The notes: generated by a model not told the origin, from the letters alone. Shown: positions 51,383 to 63,243, counted from the first letter of the stretch. The stretch: 64,000 nt of DNA from an uncultured Bacteroidales bacterium (GCA_964516425.1 CAZFAM010000004.1:8364-72363); one strand, 5' to 3'. Translations and numbers: made by a program.

Positions 51383-52231
51383 TTATTTTTTTTCAATAAT
51401 AGCGTTTAATGGATATTTGCTATTTTCTAAAATTATTTCACCACAATTTTCATATAAAATTTTACCACTTTTAGGATTCTTTATAGAATCAATTGTACCA
51501 ATCAAAGTCGCATTTACGTCACTATATTCGAATGCTAAATCGCAATTAATCATTTCACAATTAATTAATTTAAGATTTTCACAATAACATAATGGCTGTG
51601 TACCAATTATTTTACAATTGATTAATGTTAAATTATGAGAATACCAAGCTAAATATTCACCTTCAATAATAGAATTTTCTACAACAACATTATCTGTATG
51701 CCAAAATGCATCTTTTGTTTTTAAATAACTATTAGTAATTTTCATATTTTTAACATATTGAAAAGAATATTTTCCATTTAAGGTAAAGTTATTCAAATTT
51801 ATATTTTGACTTAATAAAAATAAATATTCGCTTTCTACAGTTACATTATTCATTGTAATATTATCATTTTTCCATCCAAATTCATTGGAGATGACAGATA
51901 CATTACTCATATTAATATTTTTACATTCTCTTAACGCTTTAATTCCGTGTAGTTTAGAATCACAAATAGTAATATCATTACTATACCATAAAGCTGCACG
52001 ACAATTAGGAGTTAATTCAGTATTATATATTTTTATATTATTATCATGCCAAAATGGATATCTTAAATCCATGTAACACCCATCCACAATTACATTACTA
52101 ACTTCTTTTAAAGCTGATTCACCATCTTCTTCACCTTCAAATCGACAATTTAAAATTTTAGCATCATCAATATTATATAATGCTCGTTCTTCGCCAAATC
52201 TTTTTCCTTCTATAATTTTCATTTTGTTCAC
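51383..52231 (-). CDS. DUF3737 family beta-helix protein
   Basis: GERALY, GESALKE, LRYPFWH, CRAALWY, TKDAFWH, GEYLAW, QPLCY. Confidence 0.9.
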   Translation of the reverse strand: MNKMKIIEGKRFGEERALYNIDDAKILNCRFEGEEDGESALKEVSNVIVDGCYMDLRYPFWHDNNIKIYNTELTPNCRAALWYSNDITICDSKLHGIKALRECKNINMSNVSVISNEFGWKNDNITMNNVTVESEYLFLLSQNINLNNFTLNGKYSFQYVKNMKITNSYLKTKDAFWHTDNVVVENSIIEGEYLAWYSHNLTLINCKIIGTQPLCYCENLKLINCEMINCDLAFEYSDVNATLIGTIDSIKNPKSGKILYENCGEIILENSKYPLNAIIEKK

Positions 52232-52260
52232 CTTATATATTATATTATGTTTTTTAATAA

Positions 52261-52281
52261 AAAACCCTATAAAGGGTTTTT
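52261..52281 (-). terminator. Terminator after mscL
   Basis: AAAACCCT/AGGGTTTT stem with A/T runs. Confidence 0.65.
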
Positions 52282-52864
52282 ATTTTGATAACTTTTCGTT
52301 TATTTCCATTAAAATAGCCAATTGTTTTTCTTCTAGTGTTGGTTCTATAGGTTTAGAAGCTTCTTCTTTAGCTTTGGCTTCTGCTTCTTCTTTTTCTTTT
52401 AAATAAGTATTTAATGCTTTAGTTTCTTTTTTAGATAATTTATATCCTTTTTCTTGTTTATATAATGCTCGTTTTAAGGTATTTTTCATTGTGGCATCAG
52501 CTTCTTTAAGTTGATTGAATGTTTTAATAATCACAAACAATACAAAAGCAACTAATAAGAAATTAATAACTGATGAAATAAATGCTCCCCAATCAATATA
52601 TATTGAATTTGTTAAATCTAAAACTTTTATTCCTTCATCATTTATAATATATTGAGGAACTAAAGGTGTATACATTTTGCTTAAAGCATCAGAATTACCA
52701 CCACAAACATAATAAATAATTGTATTAATTACAGGTTTTAATATTCCATTTGATAACGCAGTAACAATAGCTGTAAAAGCCGCCCCAACAATTGTTCCTA
52801 CAGCCATATCCATAACATTTCCACGTGATATAAACTTTTTAAACTCTTCTAAGAATTTTTTCAT
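52280..52864 (-). CDS. mscL: Large-conductance mechanosensitive channel
   Basis: EFKKFISRGNVMDMAVG..VGAAF, WGAFISSVINFLLVAF, L.EI. Confidence 0.92.
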   Translation of the reverse strand: MKKFLEEFKKFISRGNVMDMAVGTIVGAAFTAIVTALSNGILKPVINTIIYYVCGGNSDALSKMYTPLVPQYIINDEGIKVLDLTNSIYIDWGAFISSVINFLLVAFVLFVIIKTFNQLKEADATMKNTLKRALYKQEKGYKLSKKETKALNTYLKEKEEAEAKAKEEASKPIEPTLEEKQLAILMEINEKLSK

Positions 52865-52879
52865 ATTACTTCCCTTTCT

Positions 52880-54001
52880 TTAATGTAATTTTTTTATATA
52901 TAATCTACGACGTTTGTGTTGAAGACAATCAAAATTTTTCCAATTATTAATAATATGATAATTATCTTCTAAATTTAAATTCGTTTCTGCATACTCATAT
53001 TTACCAGTTGACAACATTTCCGAAATACTCGCAATCAAAGATGAACTTACACCTTTCATCTCATATTCAGGTAAAACGCCAATCAAGCCTAAATCAATTG
53101 ATTTAGCATGTTTTACCGCTCTTAAAACTTTAAATATTGTTGGCAAAGTCAAACGACCACCACTCTTTTGAAAAGCAGATCCTATTGAAGGAAATACTAA
53201 TCCAAAAGCAACTACTTTTTCATTTTCATCTAAGATTAAAGTAACATGCTCTGGTCTAACAATCAATTTAAAACTATTAATTAAATTTTTTTTCATTGCA
53301 TCAGTAAATGGAACAGTGCCATAGATTTTATCATATGTTACATCAATGATATCAAAAAAGGCATCTCCATATTTATTAATAAATTCGGAAATTGATTTTA
53401 CTGTCGAAAAATGTAAATTATATCTTTTTAACATTAAATCACTTAATTTTTTCAAACGTGGATTTGGGTCTTTTAAAGCTCTTAGTTGATGTTCTAACCA
53501 ATCAACTTCTTTAGTATAATTATTATTTTCAATTAATTTTTGATAATATGAATAATTATATTGCTCTTCAAATGTGGATAAATAATCAAATCCTTCAATT
53601 AACAATCCTTCTCTTTCTAAATCGGAAAAGCCTAAAGGGCCTACTACTTCTTCCATATTCTTAGCTTTAGCCCAATTTTCTACTGCCCCAAGCAAAGCAT
53701 CAGCAACTTCTTGATTATCAATAGCATCAAATCTTGTAAAACGAACTCTTTTTTGATTCCATTTTTCATTACTAGATTTTTGCAATATTCCTGAAATTCT
53801 TCCTACCATTTTTCCTTCTTGATAGGCATTATAATAAACTGCTTCTGAAGTTTCATAATAGTGATAATTGCTTTTAAATAATGCTTTTTCATCGCTATAT
53901 AGCGGTGGAACAAAATATGGGTTATTTTTATACAAGTTTAATGGAAAATTAATAAACTCTTTAATTTCTTTTTTTGTTTTTACTTCTTTTATTTCAATCA
54001 T
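52880..54001 (-). CDS. YghO-like / bacterial ceramide-synthase-like GNAT acyltransferase; start probably ATG 54001
   Basis: FINFPLNLY..PYFVPPL, VGRI, RFTRFD, VGPLG, GLLIEGFD, YNYSYY, GVLPEY..KG, ETNLNLEDN. Confidence 0.75.
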   Translation of the reverse strand: MIEIKEVKTKKEIKEFINFPLNLYKNNPYFVPPLYSDEKALFKSNYHYYETSEAVYYNAYQEGKMVGRISGILQKSSNEKWNQKRVRFTRFDAIDNQEVADALLGAVENWAKAKNMEEVVGPLGFSDLEREGLLIEGFDYLSTFEEQYNYSYYQKLIENNNYTKEVDWLEHQLRALKDPNPRLKKLSDLMLKRYNLHFSTVKSISEFINKYGDAFFDIIDVTYDKIYGTVPFTDAMKKNLINSFKLIVRPEHVTLILDENEKVVAFGLVFPSIGSAFQKSGGRLTLPTIFKVLRAVKHAKSIDLGLIGVLPEYEMKGVSSSLIASISEMLSTGKYEYAETNLNLEDNYHIINNWKNFDCLQHKRRRLYIKKLH

Positions 54002-54155
54002 AATTTCTCTCCAATAAGCATTGTATATATTACCATTTTTTGGGTCATTTGTCAAATTTTGTCTAACAAAGAAACATTTCTAAATTATTAATTTTTATAT
54101 TATCCGCATAATAAAAGTGCCCTAGATTAACTAGAACACTTCTTTTATTCATAAT

Positions 54156-55679
54156 TTATTCTGCGGAAGTTGCATTCAAGAAAGCTTGATAAGCTTCTTG
54201 TCTTGCTTCTTCAGATTTACATAAATTTGCATCTGCAACTACACCTGTACCAGTAACTGTTGCGGGAACTGCTTCTAATACATTGCCTGATGCATCTTTA
54301 TAAACATTGTAATCAAATACGATTTCTTTTCCATTACCAATACGTACAAATTTTGTAACCTTTTCAAATGTATTGTATTTTACAAAGTATTCTGCATCAC
54401 TTGCGGAAGCATCAAACCAACCAGGTAAATCTGATGGATCGCCTTTGAAGACATTATTATAAATATATGCATTTCCACTTCTTACTCTGAATAATGAAGC
54501 CATGCCGCTCACAACAGCACCAGCACCGGAAATATCAAAATCATTGCCGATAAAGTATAAATTTTTAGTTTTTGACTTTGAATCGAGCCATACAAAAAAT
54601 TGACCGATATCATAAACTTTACATCCTTCAACTCTTAATTGTGATTCATCTGATCCTTTACCTGTTTGATATTTAAAAGTTGTATTCATTTTATGAATAG
54701 ATGAATTTCTAAAAATAACAACATCAGTGGCGTCTGTATCTGCGAAATATACTCCACCACTAGATGATGACTGACTTCCTTCAATTTCTAATCCATCAAC
54801 TAAAAAGTAAGAACTATTAATTTTTACACTATCAGCAGCAACAACTACTTTTGATACATTTTCTTCAGCTCCTGTAGCTTTAATACCAGCATTAATTCCA
54901 TAAACAGAAACTTTTTTAGTAATACTCTTTGATAATGTCCATTCACCTTTATCAACATAAATAACATCATTATCTTCTGCAGCTTCAATAGCAGCATCTA
55001 AACTATTATAGAATTTAATACCAGCAACTTCTTTATCTTTCAATGTTGCATCAGCAACTACAGCTTTTGTAGCATGAAGTTCAAATGTTTTTGGATAGGC
55101 TTTTTCTTCACTAGTAAGCCATTTAGCAACTAATGTTACGTTATCTAAAATTTGAAATTCTGCAGCTTCATATATTTTTTCAGAAGAAATCCATCCAACA
55201 AATACCAAACCTTCTTGTGATGGAGTTGGAAGTGTAACTACTGTTCCATATACTTGTTCTTTCCATTCAACTTGTTGTTTTTCATCTTCTTACTTTCCAC
55301 CATTAGCATCTAAAGTTAATGTGTATTTATATTTATATTTCATAATAGTAGTTAAATCTAAAACATTTTCCCATGCCGAATCATCTTCAGTAGAGTATTT
55401 TTGTTGAAAAAAACCATTATATGTTCTAAAAACTAAATAATCTCCTGATTCACCTTTATCACCAACATCTCCATTAGGACCTTTTTCACCAACTGATCCT
55501 TGAGAACCATCGTCACCTTTGTCTCCTTTAAGACCTTTATCTCCTTCTTCCCCATTAAGTCCATTATCTCCTTTAGGACCTTTTTCACCTTGTTCACCAA
55601 CTGGACCTTGAGTACAGCCAACTAAAACAATTGAAGAAACTAGAAGTAATAAAGATAATAAAAATCTTTTAAATTTCAT
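54156..55679 (-). pseudogene. Collagen-like/InlB/beta-helix lipoprotein interrupted by a single in-frame TAA (55292-55290)
   Basis: Track ORFs 55290..55679 and 54156..55208 are in the same frame; reading through gives LDANGGK*EDEKQQVEWKEQVYGTVVTLPTPSQEGLVFVGW, one continuous InlB repeat. Confidence 0.85.
55439..55609 (-). repeat. Collagen-like (Gly-X-Y)19 repeat
   Basis: GPVGEQGEKGPKGDNGLNGEEGDKGLKGDKGDDGSQGSVGEKGPNGDVGDKGESGDY. Confidence 0.85.
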
Positions 55680-55890
55680 AACTTTCTCCTTTTTTTATTT
55701 TAAATAGATTTTATAAAAAAATCATCTATTTACTACTTTATTATACTAATACTACAAATGAATTTTTTATCAAATGTTTTCATTTTTTTAAAATCTCTTT
55801 TAATAAATATTATTGTGAATAGATAATTATTACAATATTTTTAAAACCTTTAAAAATAATCTATTTGAAAATTTCCTAGAAAATTAATAA

Positions 55891-55915
55891 AGGAGAAAAT
55901 CTTTGATTTTCTCCT
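55891..55915 (-). terminator. Terminator after frr
   Basis: AGGAGAAAATC/GATTTTCTCCT 11-bp stem. Confidence 0.75.
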
Positions 55916-55952
55916 CACCATAATTATTATTAATATTTTTTATTTTGTACAA

Positions 55953-56510
55953 CTAAAATGACATAATTGCTTTTTCTTTTTCTCTAATTGCTTCATCAAC
56001 TTTCACGATATATGAATCTGTCATTTTTTGTGTGTCATCCTCATGACGTTTAAGTTCATCTTCACTTATTGATCCTTCTTTTTGAAATTTCTTTAATTGT
56101 TCCATTACATCACGACGAATGTTTCGAATAGCAACTTTACTATTTTCAGAATTATTTTTCAAATCTTTAACAAGTTGTTTTCTAGTTTGTTCAGTTAGTG
56201 GTGGAAATACTAGTCTAATTACAGTTCCATCATTTTGAGTTGGTAAATTAACATCAGACATTTGTATTGCTTTTTCAATATCACGTAAGATACCTTTATC
56301 AAAAGGTTTAATCATTAATACTTGTGCTTCAGGAACAGTAATAGATGCAATTTGATTTAGTGGCATTGGTGAACCATAATATACAACTTGAACATTAGCT
56401 AATATATTAGGATTTGCACGCCCTGTTTTCACACTTTGTAAATCTTTCTTTAAAGATTCAATAGTTTTTTCCATTTTTTCTTTTCCAGTGTTAATAATTG
56501 ATTGTGGCAT
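55953..56510 (-). CDS. frr: Ribosome recycling factor
   Basis: TGRANP, YYGSPMPLNQIA, PPLTEQTR, KVAIRNIRRD. Confidence 0.97.
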   Translation of the reverse strand: MPQSIINTGKEKMEKTIESLKKDLQSVKTGRANPNILANVQVVYYGSPMPLNQIASITVPEAQVLMIKPFDKGILRDIEKAIQMSDVNLPTQNDGTVIRLVFPPLTEQTRKQLVKDLKNNSENSKVAIRNIRRDVMEQLKKFQKEGSISEDELKRHEDDTQKMTDSYIVKVDEAIREKEKAIMSF

Positions 56511-56527
56511 AGTTTTATTTCCTTTCC

Positions 56528-57256
<729 letters not shown>

Positions 57257-57258
57257 TT

Positions 57259-57282
57259 AAAAGGCACATTACTGTGCCTTTT
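57259..57282 (-). terminator. Hairpin/terminator between tsf and pyrH
   Basis: AAAAGGCACA/TGTGCCTTTT 10-bp stem. Confidence 0.7.
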
Positions 57283-57286
57283 ATGA

Positions 57287-58177
57287 CTACTTATTAACAG
57301 CTGCCATTACTTCAGCAACAAAATCATCCTTTTTCTTTTCAATTCCTTCGCCAACACCTAAACGAACATATAACACAATTTTACATTTATGATTTGCAAC
57401 ATATTGTGCAACTGTTTCATCAGGGTTTTTAACAAACATTTGATCTAATAAACAAACTTCTTTTAACATTTTATTAACACGACCTTCAACCATTTTTTCA
57501 ATAATTGCTTCTGGTTTTGGTTTTGGAGATTGTTTATTTTCATTTAAAGCTTCTTGTCTAATAATTTCAGTTTCACTAGTTAAGAAAGCTTGATCAACAT
57601 CTTCTCTTGATAAGTATTTAGGAGACATAGCAGCAATATGCATACATACATCTTTAGCAACTTCTTCATTATTTCCATCAAGAATTGCAAATGCTACAAT
57701 TTTACCACCCATATGAGAATATGCACCAAATACTTGGTTATCATTTTTTTCATAGAATGAAACTCTTCTTAATGTGATTTTTTCACCAATTGTTGCTGTA
57801 GCATTGATTAACATATCACTTACTTTTACGCCATTTAATTCAGCAGCTAAAGCTTCTTCATCATTAGAAGCTTTTGAAGCTAATATTGCTTTACCAACAT
57901 TTTCACTTAATTCTTGGAATAGAGGATTTTTAGCAACAAAATCAGTTTCACTATTTAATTCATAAACAGTTGCATAATTTCCTTCAACTGCAAAACTACA
58001 AACACCTTCAGCTGCGATTCTACTTTCTTTTTTAACTGCTTTAGCAATTCCTTTTTCACGTAACCATACAACAGCTTTTTCAATGTCACCGTTTGTTTCA
58101 ACAAGAGCTTTCTTGCAATCCATCATTCCGGCGCCAGTCAATTCACGAAGTTCTTTAACTTGTTGAGCATTAATCAT
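57287..58177 (-). CDS. tsf: Elongation factor Ts
   Basis: VKELRELTGAGMMDCKKAL, ELNSETDFVA, MHIAAMSP. Confidence 0.97.
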   Translation of the reverse strand: MINAQQVKELRELTGAGMMDCKKALVETNGDIEKAVVWLREKGIAKAVKKESRIAAEGVCSFAVEGNYATVYELNSETDFVAKNPLFQELSENVGKAILASKASNDEEALAAELNGVKVSDMLINATATIGEKITLRRVSFYEKNDNQVFGAYSHMGGKIVAFAILDGNNEEVAKDVCMHIAAMSPKYLSREDVDQAFLTSETEIIRQEALNENKQSPKPKPEAIIEKMVEGRVNKMLKEVCLLDQMFVKNPDETVAQYVANHKCKIVLYVRLGVGEGIEKKKDDFVAEVMAAVNK

Positions 58178-58192
58178 GTTTAAATCCCCCTA

Positions 58193-59110
58193 TTATTCTG
58201 CTGGTTTTTCTTCAGTAGCTGGAGCTTCTTGTACTGGAGCTTCTTCTTTAGTTTCTACTGGAGCTTCCTTAACTTCTACTGGAGTTTCTTCTTTTTTAAC
58301 TTTTGGTTCTCTTGGTTGTCTTGGAACAAATGGTTTATGTTGTCCTTTACCATCACGATTATTTTGACGACGTTGTCTTGGTTGTTCTTCAGCAACAGGT
58401 TCATCAGTGAATACAACTTCAATTGGTGTTCCACCATTTGCTTCAACAACAGCATTTGCTAATGTAGCAACAATTAATTTAACACTTCTAATTGCATCAT
58501 CATTTGCAGGGATAACATAATCAACATCTTCTGGATCACAGTTTGTATCAACTAATCCAAAAATTGGAATGTTTAATTTACGAGCTTCTAAAATTGCATT
58601 GTGTTCTGTTTTTGGATCTACTACAACTAATGCATCTGGAATTGAAGTTAATGTTTTAATACCACCGAAGTTTTTATTTAATTTTTCTTGTTCTTTCTTT
58701 AATAAAATAACTTCTTTCTTTGGTAAAACATCAAATGTTCCATCTTCTTCCATTTGTTCAATTTTATATAATTTTGCGATTGATTTCTTAATTGTTTTAA
58801 AGTTTGTTAAAGTTCCACCTAACCATCTTTGATCTACGTAGAACATATTTGCTCTAGTTGCTTCTTCTTTGATAACATCTTGAGTTTGTTTTCTAGTACC
58901 AACAAATAATACTTTACCACCATTTTGGGCAATAGTATATAAAGCTTTATATGCTTCTTCAACTAGTTTTTCTGTTTTTGTTAAATCAATGATATAAATA
59001 CCATTTCTTTCTTCATAAATATACTCTTTCATTTTAGGGTTCCAACGGCGAGTATTATGACCGAAATGAACTCCTGCTTCTAGTAATTGTTTTTTAGTAA
59101 TTACAGCCAT
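58193..59110 (-). CDS. rpsB: 30S ribosomal protein S2 with long C-terminal extension
   Basis: [40 protein letters not shown]. Confidence 0.97.
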   Translation of the reverse strand: MAVITKKQLLEAGVHFGHNTRRWNPKMKEYIYEERNGIYIIDLTKTEKLVEEAYKALYTIAQNGGKVLFVGTRKQTQDVIKEEATRANMFYVDQRWLGGTLTNFKTIKKSIAKLYKIEQMEEDGTFDVLPKKEVILLKKEQEKLNKNFGGIKTLTSIPDALVVVDPKTEHNAILEARKLNIPIFGLVDTNCDPEDVDYVIPANDDAIRSVKLIVATLANAVVEANGGTPIEVVFTDEPVAEEQPRQRRQNNRDGKGQHKPFVPRQPREPKVKKEETPVEVKEAPVETKEEAPVQEAPATEEKPAE

Positions 59111-59142
59111 TTTTCTTTCTCCTTTTTATTTTTATTTTGTTT

Positions 59143-59212
59143 TGGCCTCCACTATTGTCCACAAATGCCGCCCCAATAAAGTACATGACGACCTTCTCGA
59201 TAGTGTGTGTAT
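59143..59212 (-). ncRNA. rpsB (S2) autoregulatory leader RNA
   Basis: Minus strand ACACACACTAT...ATAGTGGAGGCCAAAAC; long-range CACTAT/ATAGTG pairing and GC-rich core just after the rpsB promoter. Confidence 0.65.
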
Positions 59213-59226
59213 TTTAAACCATACAT

Positions 59227-59255
59227 ATTATACCACATTTAACTTTCTTTTGCAA
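59227..59255 (-). promoter_or_regulatory. SigA promoter of rpsB-tsf
   Basis: TTGCAA (59255-59250), N17, TATAAT (59232-59227) with TG extension. Confidence 0.75.
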
Positions 59256-59332
59256 ACTATTTTTAAAAATAGAAATAAATAACTTTTTTTAATTTCAATA
59301 ATCTATTATTATTAAATAATTTCTTCCTATAA

Positions 59333-60295
59333 TTAATCTCGTTTAGCACGTGGAAATTTGTCCATATATTCCTTTCTTAACTGTTCATTTGAAATATGAG
59401 TGTATATTTGCGTAGTAGATAAATTAGTATGTCCCAATAATTCTTGAACGGAAACTAAGTCGGCGCCATTATTTAATAAATGAGTAGCAAAAGTATGACG
59501 TATCATATGCGGACTAATTTTAAATGTTTGAGCAGCTTTTTCCACAATTCTATTCAAAATATCTCTTACTCCTCTTGGTGTTAATGCACCACCATGATTA
59601 TTTAAAAATAAATATTCAGATATTTCATTTTTATTTTTCACTTGTAATTCTGTTCTAGAATACATTAAATACTTTTCTAAAGCTTCAATTAATAAATTAT
59701 GAAGTGGTAAATATCTTTCTTTTCCACCTTTTCCTAATACCTTTACTTTTCTATTAATATAATCCACATCATTCATTTTTATACTACATAATTCACTAAC
59801 ACGAACACCTGTACCATACATAAATTCAAGTATTGCGTAATCTCTTTGCCCAAGTATTGTTTCTGTATTAATACTATCAAATAACATTTCTATTTCTTCT
59901 TCATATAAAAATTTAGGCAATGTTTTATCAAGCTTAGGAGATGAAACATTGGCAAACGGATTAAAGGTAATATAACATTCACGAATACAAAACTTATAAA
60001 AACTTCTTAAAGAACTAAGTTTTCTAGCTACACTTCTAGGTTTATTATAATGTTCATTTAAATGTGATGTGTAATATCTGCTAGCATTATCAAAAGGATT
60101 TAATAAATTTCCAAATTTATTAAAAGATAAAAACTCTTCAAATTCTTCAATATCTTTTTTATAATTATATACTGTATATTCAGAATACATTTTTTCATTT
60201 TGAATATACCTAATAAACTCACCTTTAGCTTCTTCAATTTTCAAATCTTTTTGTTCTTCTTTAGCTTCACTTAAGGTTTGATTTTTTTTACTCAT
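59333..60295 (-). CDS. xerC: XerC/CodV-type tyrosine recombinase
   Basis: [48 protein letters not shown]; directly after trmFO as in Bacillus gid-codV. Confidence 0.88.
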   Translation of the reverse strand: MSKKNQTLSEAKEEQKDLKIEEAKGEFIRYIQNEKMYSEYTVYNYKKDIEEFEEFLSFNKFGNLLNPFDNASRYYTSHLNEHYNKPRSVARKLSSLRSFYKFCIRECYITFNPFANVSSPKLDKTLPKFLYEEEIEMLFDSINTETILGQRDYAILEFMYGTGVRVSELCSIKMNDVDYINRKVKVLGKGGKERYLPLHNLLIEALEKYLMYSRTELQVKNKNEISEYLFLNNHGGALTPRGVRDILNRIVEKAAQTFKISPHMIRHTFATHLLNNGADLVSVQELLGHTNLSTTQIYTHISNEQLRKEYMDKFPRAKRD

Positions 60296-61598
60296 TTATT
60301 GCCTCACAAATTTCTTTTATTGCTTTCAAACTACGAACAGAATATAATTCTTTTCTTTCTTTTTTTCGCATTCTTTCAGTAATAATTAATTCATTAAATA
60401 AACAAAAATTAGCGTTCATTGGGATAAAGTTTGAATTAGGAGTAGCAATATAATTAGCAAGAGCTCCAATAGATGTATCACTTGTAAAATCTATCATTTC
60501 TTTTCCTTGGATTAATCTTGCCATATTAATTCCTGCTACCATTCCACTGCTTGCACTTTCTAAATACCCTTCTACTCCTGTTATTTGACCAGCAAAAAAC
60601 AAATCTCTTCTTTTTATTGTTTGGTAATATTTATTCAATACTTGCGGACTATTCATATATGTGTTTCTGTGCATTACTCCATATCTTACTATTTCGCAAT
60701 TTTCTAATCCTGGTATCATTTGAATTATTCGTTTTTGCTCTCCCCATTTTAAATGCGTTTGAAATCCAACAATATTATATAATGTTTTTTTAGCATCATC
60801 TTGGCGTAGTTGTACTACCGCATATGGTTGAACTAATGTTTCTGGATGTCTTAATCCTACTGGTTTCATTGGACCAAACAGTAAAGTTTTTTCTCCTCTA
60901 ACAGCCATATCTTCAATAGCCATACAGCCTTCAAAAACTTTCAATTCAAAATCATGGGGTATAACTTTTTCAGCATGAATTAATTCATTATAAAAATTAT
61001 CAAACTCCTCTTTAGTCATTGGGCAATTATAGTAAGATGCTTCACCTTTATCATATCGAGATTTTAAATAAGCTTTTGATTTATCAATTGATTGTTCAGT
61101 AATGATCGGGGCAACAGAATCATAAAAATATAAGTAATCATTACCACATAGTGCTTGAATATCTTTACTTAATGTTTCGCTTGTTAAAGGTCCACTAGCT
61201 ATTATAGTGTAGCCATCAGGAATTTGTGTAACTTCTTCATTGACAACTTCTACTAATGGATGATTTTTTAAATAATTAGTTATATAATCACTAAATCCCT
61301 CTCTATCGACTGCAAGAGCCCCTCCAGCTGGAGTTTCATTTTTATATGCTGCTTCCATTACTAAAGATCCTATTTGATTCATTTCTTCTTTTAATAAACC
61401 AACCGCATTTGTTAAGGCTTTTGCTCGCAATGAATTACTACAAATCAATTCCGCAAAGCCATCCGTTACATGGGCTTCTGTATTTCTTTTGCCACGCATT
61501 TCATATAGTCTTACTTTAATTCCTCTTTTAATTAATTGATAGCAAGCCTCGCTTCCCGCAAGTCCTGCACCTATTACATTTACTACTACATTTTCCAT
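60288..61598 (-). CDS. trmFO: tRNA (uracil-54) methyltransferase TrmFO (Gid)
   Basis: [50 protein letters not shown]. Confidence 0.96.
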   Translation of the reverse strand: MENVVVNVIGAGLAGSEACYQLIKRGIKVRLYEMRGKRNTEAHVTDGFAELICSNSLRAKALTNAVGLLKEEMNQIGSLVMEAAYKNETPAGGALAVDREGFSDYITNYLKNHPLVEVVNEEVTQIPDGYTIIASGPLTSETLSKDIQALCGNDYLYFYDSVAPIITEQSIDKSKAYLKSRYDKGEASYYNCPMTKEEFDNFYNELIHAEKVIPHDFELKVFEGCMAIEDMAVRGEKTLLFGPMKPVGLRHPETLVQPYAVVQLRQDDAKKTLYNIVGFQTHLKWGEQKRIIQMIPGLENCEIVRYGVMHRNTYMNSPQVLNKYYQTIKRRDLFFAGQITGVEGYLESASSGMVAGINMARLIQGKEMIDFTSDTSIGALANYIATPNSNFIPMNANFCLFNELIITERMRKKERKELYSVRSLKAIKEICEAINE

Positions 61599-61867
61599 AT
61601 CTATACCTCTTAAAAATATTATACAACATTTTTTAATGTTTTGAAAGAAAATAATAAAAAGTAACTAATAAATGATTAGAAGTACTTCAATTTTAATGTT
61701 AGAACTTGTATACCAATCCCCATCTTTTTAAGACATATCAATTTACTATCACGCGTTAGTTCTATGTAACTAAATGTATTGATGCACCTTTGTACTGCGT
61801 AAATAACAAAAAAATTATGGTTAATAAATGAAGAATAAAAAAATTATTATTTAAACCATTTTTATTA

Positions 61868-63243
61868 CTAATTCAGTTTAACTAACGACGCATATGGAGT
61901 ATTGATATTTAATAGATTAGAATACTTCCAACCATTTAACAAACACTGTAGAACTGTAATAACACCACTATGAGTTATTATTAATATTTTCTTTCCTCTA
62001 TATTTATTTAAAAGTTTAATAAAAGCATCTTTTATTCTATTGTAAAAATCAACCGGTGATTCTCCATTAGGATAAGCTTGGCTCATACTTAATGTATTAT
62101 AATACAGACCAGGATATCTTTTATTAAACTCTTCTTTTGTTAAATTCTTTAAATCGCCATTATTGATTTCCCTAAAGTGTGCCTCAAATACTATTTCTTT
62201 CGATAATTTAGAAGATATTATGTCTGCAGTTTCTTTAGTTCTAACTAAGTCACTAGAAATTATTAGATCATAATCTTTATCTAAAGAATAACACACATTT
62301 TCTATTTGTTTAATTCCAGTAGTAGTTAAGTGATTATCACTCCATCCACCAAGTTTATCTTGATCATCTTCGCCATGTCTTAATAAATCTATATGAATTT
62401 CACTTAAATCTATTTTATTATTAAACTCTATATGTCTCACGACGTTCAAAATAACTTCTTTGCAAACTTCATAACGAAGAGAATTTGTAAATTTATTTTT
62501 ATTTACGTAATTTGCAAATAACTCTTTAATCCGAATAGATGATAAAATACCTTCAGTTTTAATATAAATATCAGAAGTTAATTCCGTATTTCTAACATTA
62601 AATGTATTAATAATTGCACTATTAAAAATATCATTGTTATAGTTTTCTTTAGATAATAGATATATATCAAATAAATCTTTTGACCTAGAGTTTGATTCGC
62701 CCTTAGAAATTAATGTTTCAATTTTTTCAGCAAGTATTGTTTCTATAGAATAAGCTAAAATATCAAAACAAGTTTCATTAATATTTGATTTATAGTTATA
62801 CCAAATAGGATTAGGAGTAACAACATCGCCTTTAGCAACATCAACACTAAATGTTTTTTGTATACTATAATATTTGGCTTTAATTCTAACTGACTTTCCA
62901 GTATATTTCTTTTCTTTTGTTATTTCAGATATATCTAATACTATATATTCTATTTCATCTTTTAAATCCACTTTACAAATTTCATTGAACATATTTAGCA
63001 ATACTTTGTCATAAAAATTAATACCTACATATTTTAAATCAAATCTAATGTTGTCCTTTGTTCTATCCCTACAATACTGCCTAAAAGAAATCCTCCTTTG
63101 AAAACAAAGTTATTTTTATATTTTGAATTTGATAAACGATTTAAAAAATTTTCAAAAAAGAACATGTCCCATAATGTTTGATTTGCAACATTATGTACTT
63201 TAGCTAAATTATCTATGTTATTTTTTATTATTCCTAATCCCAT
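61868..63243 (-). pseudogene. abiEii: AbiEii-type nucleotidyltransferase toxin fused to a histidine phosphatase, split by a 1-nt frameshift near 63041
   Basis: N-part VFKGG..RTTLD; second frame continues DLKYVGINFYDKVLLNMF, AEKIETL, RSKDLFD; C-domain LLRHGE, SSDLVR, FREI, THSG. Confidence 0.82.

Noticed and set aside
55290-55292. Stop-codon reassignment or selenocysteine explaining the collagen gene interruption
   Set aside because: The codon is TAA, which is the normal stop for many genes here; TGA is also used as a stop
55871-55898. ATTTCCTAGAA resembling the Bacillus dif left arm
   Set aside because: The right arm (TAAAGGAGAAA) does not match TTATGTAAACT and is part of the frr terminator
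59333-60295. Tyrosine recombinase as a phage or ICE integrase
   Set aside because: Position after trmFO and its size match housekeeping XerC/CodV; no att repeats or mobile genes adjacent
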